Source: a virus
Lineage: Duplodnaviria > Caudoviricetes
DNA: 39,633 nt
IMG/VR virus record: IMGVR_UViG_3300020045_007141
Location: 1 to 39,633 of that record
Direction: 5' to 3' (one strand)
Shown: positions 16,645 to 26,104 of the stretch, piece after piece
Position numbering within the stretch: the stretch's first letter is position 1
How the letters are laid out: the number at the start of each line of letters is the position of its first letter
Made by a program: the position numbers and the translations under genes
Notes under the pieces: model-generated
Told to the model about the DNA's origin: nothing
What the model saw: the letters and a program-made list of their open reading frames with translations, nothing else
Databases searched by the model: none

Positions 16645-16669
16645 TTTGGCAGGTTAACGAGGAGGAACG

Positions 16670-17812
16670 ATGAACGACAGCAAAGAACTCAAAATCAGCG
16701 ATGTGGCCGAAAAGGTTGTTTCTTTCATCGGCAGACAGAAGGACTACTTTCAGCAACTCAATCAGCACAGCATCAACCGGCTGGACTTTGCCAAGGAGAG
16801 TGAGTTCGCCAAGCAGCTACTCCTGCGCAACAGTTACCTTCTGGATGTAGCTAGAGGCAACCCTGACAGCCTACAGGCGGCGATTTCCAATGTGGCGGCT
16901 ATCGGGATATCCCTGAACCCTGCGTTGGCCCTAGCCTATCTGGTGCCGCGTAAGGTGAATAAAGTCCAGTGCGTGTGTCTGGACATCTCCTACCGTGGGC
17001 TAACCCGTCTTGCCACTGATACCGGCATCATCAAGGCATTGAAGGCCGAACTGGTGTATGCAAATGACACCTTCAAGTACAAGGGATTTCATGTGGAGCC
17101 GGAATTTTCCGCGCAGCCTTTTGGCGACCGGGGAGAGTTGGTCGGCGTCTATGCCATGGCTCTGATGACCGATGGCACGGTATTGGTGGAAACCATGACT
17201 ATTGCCGAGGTCAACCAGATAAGGAATGACTCGGAAGCCTACAAGGATGCGGTCAAGGAAGGCGGCTGGAAGTTGGAGAATAACGTCTATGTTAAGTATT
17301 ACACAGAAATGGTCAAGAAAATCGCCATCAAACGAGCCTATAAAACCCTGCCGCAATCAAAAGGCACGGAAATCATGGGCAAGGCGATTGAGGTTATCAA
17401 TGAGCATGAAGGGATTGAGTTTCAGCCTAAGGAAGCCCCTGAAATCACCTATTCCGACGAGGAACGGGACGAATACAAGCGGTGTATCGACACACCCGAC
17501 TACTTCAACCTGTTCGCCCTGTTACGGCATTTGAGTGTCGAGGCACAGTTTGAACTGCATAACCTCTGCGTCCAGAAAGCGGAACGCGGGCATATCGGCA
17601 GGCAGAAGGAGCAATTCAAGAAGGACATGGAGGAGGCGGAACGGAAGGTCGATGCGGCTTTGGATTTGCTGCGGGAGTATGCGGACAATCAGGATGACGC
17701 GGGGGCGAGAGAGGTTTTGGCGGAGTGTAGTTGGTGGACGACTGAATACCTTCTGACTCGACTGACCAGGGAACAGGAGGTATTCGTTAGCGGACTGAGG
17801 GCAGTTAAATGA
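16670..17812 (+). CDS. recT: RecT-family single-strand annealing protein
   Basis: ISLNPALALAYLVPR, ISYRGL, GVYAMA, EMVKKIAIKRAYKTLP. Confidence 0.9.
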   Translation: MNDSKELKISDVAEKVVSFIGRQKDYFQQLNQHSINRLDFAKESEFAKQLLLRNSYLLDVARGNPDSLQAAISNVAAIGISLNPALALAYLVPRKVNKVQCVCLDISYRGLTRLATDTGIIKALKAELVYANDTFKYKGFHVEPEFSAQPFGDRGELVGVYAMALMTDGTVLVETMTIAEVNQIRNDSEAYKDAVKEGGWKLENNVYVKYYTEMVKKIAIKRAYKTLPQSKGTEIMGKAIEVINEHEGIEFQPKEAPEITYSDEERDEYKRCIDTPDYFNLFALLRHLSVEAQFELHNLCVQKAERGHIGRQKEQFKKDMEEAERKVDAALDLLREYADNQDDAGAREVLAECSWWTTEYLLTRLTREQEVFVSGLRAVK

Positions 17813-18000
17813 ACGCGCAGGAATTTGGTGAGGCCATTGATTTAGCAAGGGCGAAAGTCAGGGCGAAGGTAGAAGAGGAGGCGCTAATCTCCTTCAAAGA
17901 AGTCCTTTACAATGCCCCTGTGCCAGCTGATTTATTCGCTAAAGCGATAGTTGATGCCATCCGTGACGGCAAGATTAAGCATGTGTCACTTAACTATTAA
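17809..18000 (+). CDS. Hypothetical protein
   Basis: ATGA overlap; ends IRDGKIKHVSLNY. Confidence 0.65.
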   Translation: MNAQEFGEAIDLARAKVRAKVEEEALISFKEVLYNAPVPADLFAKAIVDAIRDGKIKHVSLNY

Positions 18001-18012
18001 GAGGAGAACACT

Positions 18013-18351
18013 ATGAGAACCATCGAAATATCAGAGGAGACTTTTGAACATATCAAGACCCAATTAGGCGAGGACTGTTACAAGGAGATACAATCACTAC
18101 AGTACATGGTTGGAGAGAAATTCTTCTTCCGTACCGTGACCTACCATTTAACGGGACGGGTAAAAAAGGTAATTGGGAACATCCTTGAACTGGAAAACGC
18201 TGCCTGGATTGCAGATTCCGGTAGATTCATGAACGCTATCAAGGAGGGAACTCTGAAAGAGGTTGAGCCGGTTGGTAGAGCCTATATAAATATCCAGTCT
18301 GTTACCGACTTCTTCCCTTGGAAGCACCCACTCCCGGAATCTCAGAAATGA
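18013..18351 (+). CDS. Phage hypothetical protein, small beta-barrel-like
   Basis: AGGAG RBS; FFRTVTYHLTGRV...LENAAWIADSGRF...EVEP. Confidence 0.8.
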   Translation: MRTIEISEETFEHIKTQLGEDCYKEIQSLQYMVGEKFFFRTVTYHLTGRVKKVIGNILELENAAWIADSGRFMNAIKEGTLKEVEPVGRAYINIQSVTDFFPWKHPLPESQK

Positions 18352-18476
18352 TAATCCTTACGTATTATTTGTCGCGGTCGGGGTCGCGGTCGGGGTCGCG
18401 GTCGGGGTCGTGGTCGGGGTCGTGGTCGGGGTCGTGGTCGGGGTCGTGGTCGCGGTCGCGGTCGTGGTTGTTATAG
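18348..18476 (+). CDS. Ser-Arg/Gly/Trp dipeptide-repeat peptide (42 aa, not in ORF track)
   Basis: ATGA overlap; MIILTYYL-SRSGSRSGSRSGSWSGSWSGSWSGSWSRSRSW-LL. Confidence 0.65.
   Translation: MIILTYYLSRSGSRSGSRSGSWSGSWSGSWSGSWSRSRSWLL
18371..18466 (+). repeat. Hexamer tandem repeat (GTCGBG) x16
   Basis: Counted directly; only position 5 varies (C/G/T). Confidence 0.95.
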
Positions 18477-18500
18477 CCAATGTGAAGCTGGAGTATTGAT

Positions 18501-18842
18501 ATGACCGAAACCGAACGCTTGCATATCCTCCAGCACTCGCTGGGTCTGAACCAATATGGGGAAGGGAATCAATACCGGAACCGTTATGTTTGCGGCCCAG
18601 GTAATTATTCCTATGACCATTGTTTGCTCCTGGTAGAACAGGGATTGATGGTAAGGAAATGGTCAGGCAATGAACTAACAGGCGGAGACGATCTTTTTAT
18701 GGTGACTGCAAAAGGGATTGATTATGTGGCACTGAACAGCCCGCCAGCGCCAAAACTTACGCGCAGCCAACAGAGATACCGTGATTGGTTACGATCTGAT
18801 TGTGGGTATTCTTTTCGTGAATGGCTAGGGGTAACAAAATGA
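18501..18842 (+). CDS. Phage hypothetical protein
   Basis: GGAG RBS; ILQHSLG...YRNRY...KLTRSQQRYRDWL. Confidence 0.8.
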   Translation: MTETERLHILQHSLGLNQYGEGNQYRNRYVCGPGNYSYDHCLLLVEQGLMVRKWSGNELTGGDDLFMVTAKGIDYVALNSPPAPKLTRSQQRYRDWLRSDCGYSFREWLGVTK

Positions 18843-18997
18843 CCGAAACCGAGAAGTCAGCCGAAAAGCTCAAGGCCACGGAGGAGTTTATCCGAACTTT
18901 TGATGCGTGGATTAAAGTGGATTATTCAGGCACAGAATTATATAAAGAAATGCTGGCCGCTCGCGCCAAACTGAAAGAACTGGAGGACGTTCAATGA
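18839..18997 (+). CDS. Hypothetical protein (52 aa, not in ORF track)
   Basis: ATGA overlaps at both ends; MTETEKSAEKLKATEEFIRTFDAW... Confidence 0.6.
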   Translation: MTETEKSAEKLKATEEFIRTFDAWIKVDYSGTELYKEMLAARAKLKELEDVQ

Positions 18998-19218
18998 CCA
19001 TCCCCGCCTATGTCGGTAAGCTCGGCAACCCCGGCAGTCGGATCTGCGGCTGTGGGGGTTGTGAGAAGATATTCAACTCCGAAAATGCCTTCATGTTGCA
19101 CAGAAACAACGGTTCCTGCCTGACCTCGGAGCAAATGTCTCAAAGGGGCATGGAAATTAATAAACTAGGCCGGTGGATCGGCTCTAAAAGGCAAGATTTT
19201 TCATACCCGGTAGAGTAG
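18994..19218 (+). CDS. Zinc-finger hypothetical protein
   Basis: CGGCEKIFNSENAFMLHR...CL. Confidence 0.7.
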   Translation: MTIPAYVGKLGNPGSRICGCGGCEKIFNSENAFMLHRNNGSCLTSEQMSQRGMEINKLGRWIGSKRQDFSYPVE

Positions 19219-19267
19219 ACAGGGGTGAGCGGAAAATGGCAAAGATAGACTCACGCGAGGTTAAAAC

Positions 19268-19588
19268 ATGACTGACAAATTCATCCCCGGACTGTACGTC
19301 AAGCCGCCCCATCCCAAAGCGCCGGATTTCGTCAAGGGCAGGATATCCATTCAGGTACAGAAATTGCTTGATTACCTGAATCAATGGCATGAGGGCGAGT
19401 ACATCAACCTGAACATTCTGGTCTCGAAGAAAGATCCGGACAAGTGGTTTGCGAAAATAGATGACTGGAAACCGGGCCGAGGATCTGCGGCCCCCGATCA
19501 GCCTCAAGGGGCTGGTCAGAAACCTCCTTCGGCGCGGCGTCCGCCGTCAGATCCAGATGCCTTTATTGATGACGACTTACCATGGTGA
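19268..19588 (+). CDS. Putative single-stranded DNA-binding protein
   Basis: Compact N-domain, P/G/Q-rich linker and SSB-like acidic tail DDDLPW. Confidence 0.65.
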   Translation: MTDKFIPGLYVKPPHPKAPDFVKGRISIQVQKLLDYLNQWHEGEYINLNILVSKKDPDKWFAKIDDWKPGRGSAAPDQPQGAGQKPPSARRPPSDPDAFIDDDLPW

Positions 19589-19736
19589 TGCTATGCAAAT
19601 ACCCAAGACAAGATACTGACCCTCTACGGCGAGGCGGTCCTCGAAAATCTGAGCAGGCGTTTGAGGCAATCAATAATCACCTTACGCAGGGGCTTTTGTG
19701 GGAACATGTCGGGATGGATCATATGGCAATTATGGA

Positions 19737-22295
19737 CTAGTTGGCGGTAATTTGCCAATTTGTTCCGTCACTTTCCAAGTCGGCCCATTCGCCATCCACA
19801 GCCGCGAGTATCGCTGTGCCAGCCGCGCCACCAGCTATCGGCACAACATTACTGGATGCGGATACTACAGTTTGCGCCTGAATGGTCTGTATGCGTAGTC
19901 TGCGCCCACCGTTCAGCGCGGCATCCGGCAGGGTTAAGGTATTCGTAGCAGCACGGTTATTGATAATGGTGGTGCCGGTGCGGTCAATCGTGTAATCCGC
20001 TGTGACGGTCTTAGGAATTCCGATGGTTGCTATCGGTACGGCTTGGCCGTTCATTGCCGTGGTCACTGCTGCCGGGGTGCCGTTTTCAGTCCAGGCAGAA
20101 GTCGCCGCCCCCCTGTTTCTTGGCCATGAGGTGTAATCATCGTATCCATGAAACAGAATAGGAGTCATGCCCGTTGGCAACTCCCCATTCCGACCAAGGA
20201 ATACCGGGACTCCATTCACATCAATAAATCTCCTGCGAACCGCCGAAGAACTAAAATCTAAGTTGGATGCGGTATCGAACCAGACAGTGTACATATCCCC
20301 GGTGAACTTAGAACTGCCGGTAATACCAGCCCCGATTGACCATTCCGATACAGTGTAGTCAATGGTGTCATTGGTAAATGTCGTTTCAGCATAATTAGAG
20401 GCTTGGTTGATATAAATCTTCCCTGATCCAGCGGTCGCTAGATCGCCGGAAACCATAATGGCGTATGTTCCAGCCGACGCGCAAGGCGTGCCAGTAGTCG
20501 CGATACTTAAAATCGTGGTCCCACCTGCGTTCTTGCCAGTCAAGGAGATATTGCCAGTGGTTCCCCTGGACAGCAAAAAAACTGAATTATTGTTGGAAAT
20601 AATAAGTTCTGAGGCGCCAGATGCCGCATTGGCAAAACGAATATGCACAAATACGCTGAACTTCTTCCCGTCCGCGATCCCGGTCAGTACATTCGTGTCT
20701 AGGTAATTGGTAGATCCGTCAAATTTATACCCACCATAAGACATTAGTGGGTAAGTTATATCTGCGATCTGGCCGGTGAACGGGTCGGTCAAGGTTAGGT
20801 TGTCGGCAGAAAAAGCACCCGCCAAAGTTAGATCACCAGCCCAACTACGGGTACTATTCCCAAGCTCTGATTCAGCCGTAACCGCCGTGGACGTCATGAG
20901 TGAAGTGATGTTGGTAACATTCAAACTACGAGCGCGGATATGGGTAGCGCCAGAGCTGACTACGATGGCCGGATCTAGGGCAACCTGTACTTCACCTGTG
21001 ATCAGCAATTCATCAATAATAATCCCTCTGGTACTCTGCGCCGTGTAATTATAAATTGTAACCGCATTATTCAGCACATCAATGTAGCGATTATTACGCA
21101 TGAAATTTGAGCGCCCAGCCATAGCAACACCGCCGATGGTAGCCACCCTTGGCGCAGATCCGGTATACCCACTAAAAGCACTTAGCTCAATAACAGAACT
21201 TTCGGTATAAAACCATGCGTCGTGCGCCGATTTTCTAACCCCCGCAGTAATCGCATTGCGGAATGTATCTACATCATTTACATGTATACGATAACAAATG
21301 CTAGCCGTTGTTCCATCATCAGCCCCGGCACAAATTGAATGCCCTACGTTATCTTGTATTACCCCATTCTTAATTTCTACCCCGCCCGCCCTGGTTGTGT
21401 TCGTTCTTCCGGTCAATGCCCCACCATCGATAATCACACCATGCCCGCTGTTGTCATGGACACGAAATGTAGATATTTCTACGCCCATGAAACCATTGAC
21501 TAAAGCAAGCCCATGCCCAGGCTGATTACGAACGATGAAGCTCTTGTATACGCAGCCTTTCGCGGTTGTGCTAGCGGTGTCAGGCGGTTCTTGAAGAATA
21601 CCGTAATCCGTTATCGCCCCGCCCGAAGTTCTGGCAGCGGTCGCATCAACAGATAAATTAGTTACGCCAGAGAAAGCCCCTTTGATTCTAACTACTGGCC
21701 CGGAGGTGTGGGATGCTTTTAATACTGTGTTATCAACCCCATCCCCATCCAAAATTACCCCTAGATTTGTACAGGTAAGGGTAGTGCCTAACAGGTAAGT
21801 CCCAGCAGGGGAATATACCAACCCACCGCCGGAAACTTCAACTGCGGCGACAGCAGCGGCACAAGCGGCGTAATCATTCGTAACACCGTCCCCGGTAGCG
21901 CCGAACCACCTGACATTTATTGGCACACCAATTACGGAAAACTGTTTCCCGTCAGCATCATAAAAATACCCATCCGCATTCGGCCATGTTCCACCCTTCC
22001 CTGCCGTTGTGGTCCCGGTGAATCGGAACTGCGCCCCGGAGCCTGCGGTCTTGTTGGAATCGTGATAGCGCGTCTGGATGATGTATCCGGTAGATATCCC
22101 GGAATGAGAACTGGCGGCAGCGGTCGTGCCGTATTGGTAGGTTAAGAATTCGGTGGTGTGTTCACCTAGCGCAAGCGTTGCCGCCGTTTCGCTCGCAAAT
22201 TGCCTGGCGATATCAGCAAGGATCGATCCGAGTTCGTTTTTGACGGAATCTAGATCGTACCCAGATATATTATAGGGGATTAATGGCAGCGTCAT
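19737..22295 (-). CDS. Tailspike/depolymerase-like receptor-binding protein (852 aa)
   Basis: NVRWFGATGDGVTND and PAGTY (pectate-lyase-like beta-helix start), followed by a LamG-like domain (FDGSTNYL). Confidence 0.85.
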   Translation of the reverse strand: MTLPLIPYNISGYDLDSVKNELGSILADIARQFASETAATLALGEHTTEFLTYQYGTTAAASSHSGISTGYIIQTRYHDSNKTAGSGAQFRFTGTTTAGKGGTWPNADGYFYDADGKQFSVIGVPINVRWFGATGDGVTNDYAACAAAVAAVEVSGGGLVYSPAGTYLLGTTLTCTNLGVILDGDGVDNTVLKASHTSGPVVRIKGAFSGVTNLSVDATAARTSGGAITDYGILQEPPDTASTTAKGCVYKSFIVRNQPGHGLALVNGFMGVEISTFRVHDNSGHGVIIDGGALTGRTNTTRAGGVEIKNGVIQDNVGHSICAGADDGTTASICYRIHVNDVDTFRNAITAGVRKSAHDAWFYTESSVIELSAFSGYTGSAPRVATIGGVAMAGRSNFMRNNRYIDVLNNAVTIYNYTAQSTRGIIIDELLITGEVQVALDPAIVVSSGATHIRARSLNVTNITSLMTSTAVTAESELGNSTRSWAGDLTLAGAFSADNLTLTDPFTGQIADITYPLMSYGGYKFDGSTNYLDTNVLTGIADGKKFSVFVHIRFANAASGASELIISNNNSVFLLSRGTTGNISLTGKNAGGTTILSIATTGTPCASAGTYAIMVSGDLATAGSGKIYINQASNYAETTFTNDTIDYTVSEWSIGAGITGSSKFTGDMYTVWFDTASNLDFSSSAVRRRFIDVNGVPVFLGRNGELPTGMTPILFHGYDDYTSWPRNRGAATSAWTENGTPAAVTTAMNGQAVPIATIGIPKTVTADYTIDRTGTTIINNRAATNTLTLPDAALNGGRRLRIQTIQAQTVVSASSNVVPIAGGAAGTAILAAVDGEWADLESDGTNWQITAN

Positions 22296-22417
22296 CTAGG
22301 CGGGCCGACGCAATACTCTGGGCCGCACCCTGGGGCGAGTTCCGGCGGAGGAATAACTATCCAATGGCCTTGGCAGTTGGATAGAAACAGAAACAGCGCG
22401 AGGATCAGCTTATTCAT
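22292..22417 (-). CDS. Small putative lipoprotein (41 aa, not in ORF track)
   Basis: MNKLILALFLFLSNCQGHWIVIPPPELAPGCGPEYCVGPPR; fills the gap exactly with an ATGA overlap. Confidence 0.6.
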   Translation of the reverse strand: MNKLILALFLFLSNCQGHWIVIPPPELAPGCGPEYCVGPPR

Positions 22418-22420
22418 TGG

Positions 22421-23323
22421 TTATGTTGCGGCTTGGTAATGGCCGAAGAAATCCAAACGCCCATCAGCGGATAATTCAGATCCTTGCATGGCCGTGGTGC
22501 CAGTAGTCGCGTCCCACAGATTGAGTATTATATAAGATATCGCGTTACCTACTGTGCCCGTGACTGAATGCCCGGCAGTTATAGCCAAGCCGGATGAATT
22601 GACTACCGTAATGCCTCCAGCGCATCCTTGGGTGGTCCCGGAAGAGGGGAAGGGCAATCCAGTGATACGAATAGCGCCACTCACGCTGCCGAGGCTTGAT
22701 ATTGCGATCTTCCCAGAGATAAATACCTTGTTGCCGATTTTGGTGTAATCGCCCTCCTGTGCGTCTGTGGTTGCGTCATTGGTGCCGTCGCTAATAACCG
22801 GCGTCCACGTCCCTTCCTCGTAATCGTCCAAGGTGTTGACGTTGGATGATGCGTTCTGGGTGCCTGGGAATACGTATTGCCCGTAACTCTGTAAATCTTG
22901 AGCAAGTGCATCTTGGCCGGATATCGTGACCGTGCCAGCCCCGCTTGAATAAGTGGTATGTTCGCGGAAGAAGATACCGGCAATCGTGAGAGTCTTCCCG
23001 GATGCCGGGCTAAAGATACAGCCCGCCGGGGCGATGACCGTTAAGTTACTCGGGATTGTTACGTTATTCGATATGGCCCAAGTGCCCGGAGCAAATTCAA
23101 GCCCGATATTGGCCGCGCCGAGCGCGTTGATCGCCTTGGTGATTGTGTTATCCGTCATGTTATTCGGATCGCCGGATCCGAACACGGACAGCACGTCGAT
23201 ATGATTCCCTATTTTCAGTCCGGTCGTGGTGCCGCCGCTTGAGGAAGTTCTGGATGTAGCCAGCGTCCCGTCGAAGTTATCGAGATCGGCACGGATCGCC
23301 TTGCCTTTCGTGATTGTCGCCAT
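22421..23323 (-). CDS. Tail fibre protein (300 aa)
   Basis: NTLDDYEEGTWTP, YTKIGNKV and ITGLPF motifs. Confidence 0.8.
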   Translation of the reverse strand: MATITKGKAIRADLDNFDGTLATSRTSSSGGTTTGLKIGNHIDVLSVFGSGDPNNMTDNTITKAINALGAANIGLEFAPGTWAISNNVTIPSNLTVIAPAGCIFSPASGKTLTIAGIFFREHTTYSSGAGTVTISGQDALAQDLQSYGQYVFPGTQNASSNVNTLDDYEEGTWTPVISDGTNDATTDAQEGDYTKIGNKVFISGKIAISSLGSVSGAIRITGLPFPSSGTTQGCAGGITVVNSSGLAITAGHSVTGTVGNAISYIILNLWDATTGTTAMQGSELSADGRLDFFGHYQAAT

Positions 23324-23327
23324 AGCC

Positions 23328-24968
23328 TTATTCTCCCATGCGCTTGAGTTTGTCTTTGAGCATGTGCATCAACGGGTCAAAACCCAGATCGTCTGGGAAT
23401 GAATTAGGTGGTTTCGATGGCATGTCCATAGCAGTTCGATCTAATTCCTGCTTCCCGGTCTGTTCCCGCGCCAGCATTCTTCCGGTGGCGGTCATATCGG
23501 CGCGGATCATGTTTTTGAGTATTTTCCCGTCCACGGCCCCGGTAGTTACCCAGCGGAACAAATTGGATCGCGGATTCGTTATGCTGTCAGCCAGAAATGC
23601 GGCAATCGGGAAAGCCGCGATTGCTACGGCTGTTTCGCCAACAGTAGCGTCTATAGGGCCGATTTTAAGCGATGGCTGATCTCTCTCCTGCCCGTAGGAA
23701 GTGACCAACGGCGCAAGAATAAGCCCCGTGGTCGCTACATTGACCGCTTGCGGTACGGCTTGGAAGCCTTTCGTTATTGAGGCCGATCCAAGCGCGAATT
23801 GATTGATATCGCGATGCACAGCCTTTGCATATAGGGCCAGATTCTCCAATGCGACAAGGGATTCCTTGTCCATCCATTTATCGGCCCCCTGAAGGTTTTT
23901 CAGCAACTTCGAGCCATTCAGGATATACCCGGACATCCCCGGAGCCTTCTGATTACTGATTTTCTGTAATCCGGTCATATCATCCATCGAATCTTGGATA
24001 ATCTTAACTATGGACCTGAACTTCGGATTAGTGGCAGCTTCCTTGCTTATGTCCTTCCCCTCCTGTTGCATTAACTTCCAGATAAAGGCGCTGGAATCCT
24101 CAACCGGGGCTTCTAACAGTTTCGCCATCGCCTCAGTCCGTTGTTTAACCACATAACCCGACGGCGCGAAGGACTCGATAATTGAAGCGGCCCAGTTCTT
24201 GGTCCCGGTTGTCGTACCAGGTAAAAGCGGTAGTTTATTCTCCCTGGCAAAGCGAATGACCCGCTCGCCCTCCTGGGTCAGTAGTTCGGCGTTGGGGAGG
24301 AACAGCTTTTCGAATCCCCTGTAAACCGCATCACCGCCGATTTCAAGCATCATCTGCCGCCCGGATTCACCTGCGGCACGATCAAATATCGTCTTGATTT
24401 GTTCTTCTGTAGGTTCGTCTTTCAGTTCCGACAGAACCTTCTTGTCATTCAGATCGCGGACAACCGCCCCGCCTGCCCCGCCTATCCCTGATGCGGCGAT
24501 GGAAGGAGCAAAGCGGATCGCATTGGTCGCTAATGTTGCCGCGCCCTTGCGGGCAAGGATGTCAAGTCCCATTGGCATAAGTAAATCGCTGATCAAAGGC
24601 AGGGCCGCCGGGGTTTTGCTGGCGACAAAATTAGCCGCCTTTGCCGGTGCCATAGGCGCACCCCACGGGGTCAGCGTTAAAGCGGTCGCGGCGATGTCGG
24701 GAAGCATTTTCATTAACGGCTCTTTGTTTTGCTTCACGTAGTCCATGACCATTCCAGGTGCGCGGGGCGCTTGAGCCACGTCCTCCTTGAATTGGTTGAA
24801 TTGATCCTTTACAAACCCCGGCACCGTCGGTCCCGCCTGAGTTGTCGGCGCATGTGACTGCTGGCGCGAGGCTTGCGCGAATTTGATGATCTCCGCTTCC
24901 GACGCGCCATCCGGGTGTTGCACCTGGATGATTTCGCCGCTCGGGGCTTTGACTTTGGTTACGGGCAT
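23328..24968 (-). CDS. Putative internal virion/DNA ejection protein (546 aa)
   Basis: Helical A/G-rich protein between nozzle and fibre genes. Confidence 0.6.
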   Translation of the reverse strand: MPVTKVKAPSGEIIQVQHPDGASEAEIIKFAQASRQQSHAPTTQAGPTVPGFVKDQFNQFKEDVAQAPRAPGMVMDYVKQNKEPLMKMLPDIAATALTLTPWGAPMAPAKAANFVASKTPAALPLISDLLMPMGLDILARKGAATLATNAIRFAPSIAASGIGGAGGAVVRDLNDKKVLSELKDEPTEEQIKTIFDRAAGESGRQMMLEIGGDAVYRGFEKLFLPNAELLTQEGERVIRFARENKLPLLPGTTTGTKNWAASIIESFAPSGYVVKQRTEAMAKLLEAPVEDSSAFIWKLMQQEGKDISKEAATNPKFRSIVKIIQDSMDDMTGLQKISNQKAPGMSGYILNGSKLLKNLQGADKWMDKESLVALENLALYAKAVHRDINQFALGSASITKGFQAVPQAVNVATTGLILAPLVTSYGQERDQPSLKIGPIDATVGETAVAIAAFPIAAFLADSITNPRSNLFRWVTTGAVDGKILKNMIRADMTATGRMLAREQTGKQELDRTAMDMPSKPPNSFPDDLGFDPLMHMLKDKLKRMGE

Positions 24969-26104
24969 TATTTCACGATACCCCAGCCGTCACTTGCCCC
25001 GCGCCATTCGCCGCGTAATGAATCCTCGCCGAGGATATCGACAATCGAGGCCCCAAGGGATTTTTCCAATAGATCCATCTTGGCGTGGGCGGTTTTTTCG
25101 GTATCCGGCAAGGCCAGTAACTTATCTGCGGCCAGATCGGCCAAAGCGGAAGCGGCGGCGTCGGCATCTGTCTCGGTGATGGTTCCGGCCCCTTGGATAG
25201 CACGGACGAAGTTCAGCAACTCAAGCCGGCGGGATTCATACAGGGCGATATCGGTATTTTGATTCAAGGCCGACTGGACCTTGATTTTGACGCCGGACTT
25301 GAGTTGATCTTTGATATCGTTGATGCCCGCAAAGACCTTATCCGACAAGGGCCGGATCCCATCCAGCAGACGCAGAGATCGCTTGGAAGATTGTACGTTC
25401 TTGAATTGCTCGTCCGTGACCCGAGGCAACTTCGCTAATTGGTTCAGCGTCATCAAACCTTGCGGCGTCCCTAGAGTTTTCGGATCCAGATGCGCGGCAT
25501 ATTCCGAAGCCGGGGCCGGCAAGTCTGCTACCGCAGGGGCAGTCCGCATCCCGCCGCCCATCGGCTGGCCTGTGATCGGGTCAACCAGGAGATCGCTCTT
25601 GCCGCCGCCCGGATCTGTGACCTCCCTGAACACCCCCTTTGTCGGCTCCATATTCACCGTCGCGCCACGCGGGCCGAGGCTATAGGATTCGGTCATTCCT
25701 TGACCGCCAGTCCCGCCGCTCATCCGGGCAAGGATCTGCTCTTGGATGGCGTTCTGCCCCGCAATCTGTCCTTGCTCCTGCTGCATTTTCAGCATATTCA
25801 TGATCTGCCCGGTATCCCCGGAAGCCATCGCCGCCTGAGTTAAGATGTCGGTCAGCTTTGGCGCTGGCTGTCCGGCATTTTGGTAAGGCGCAGGCATGGT
25901 CCCGTCCGGGCGAGCATTGCGCATCTGTTCGATGCCGCGCCCCATGACGCCCTGAACCTTGGCTTTCGTCTCCAGTTCGATTTCCGCGGCCTTGGCTTGT
26001 GCTTTCAGGAGCTTCTTTTGCAGGTCGAGGAATTCCTGTTGCTGCGCCTGTTGTTGTGCTTGCGCAATCCCCTGACCTAATCCAGAGACAAATTCAGCAC
26101 CCAT
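24968..26104 (-). CDS. Putative internal virion/DNA ejection protein (378 aa)
   Basis: Q/A-rich N-terminus; QGAGTITETDA motif; position. Confidence 0.6.
   Translation of the reverse strand: MGAEFVSGLGQGIAQAQQQAQQQEFLDLQKKLLKAQAKAAEIELETKAKVQGVMGRGIEQMRNARPDGTMPAPYQNAGQPAPKLTDILTQAAMASGDTGQIMNMLKMQQEQGQIAGQNAIQEQILARMSGGTGGQGMTESYSLGPRGATVNMEPTKGVFREVTDPGGGKSDLLVDPITGQPMGGGMRTAPAVADLPAPASEYAAHLDPKTLGTPQGLMTLNQLAKLPRVTDEQFKNVQSSKRSLRLLDGIRPLSDKVFAGINDIKDQLKSGVKIKVQSALNQNTDIALYESRRLELLNFVRAIQGAGTITETDADAAASALADLAADKLLALPDTEKTAHAKMDLLEKSLGASIVDILGEDSLRGEWRGASDGWGIVK

Noticed and set aside
18501-18852. Shared 14-nt start ATGACCGAAACCGA of two adjacent genes
   Set aside because: The match is real but short and limited to the first codons; nothing supports a function.
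19589-19736. Bidirectional terminator between the convergent arms
   Set aside because: Only weak, imperfect stems are visible.
19737-23323. Diversity-generating retroelement or invertible tail cassette
   Set aside because: No reverse transcriptase or invertase in the window, and no template/variable repeat pair noticed by eye.
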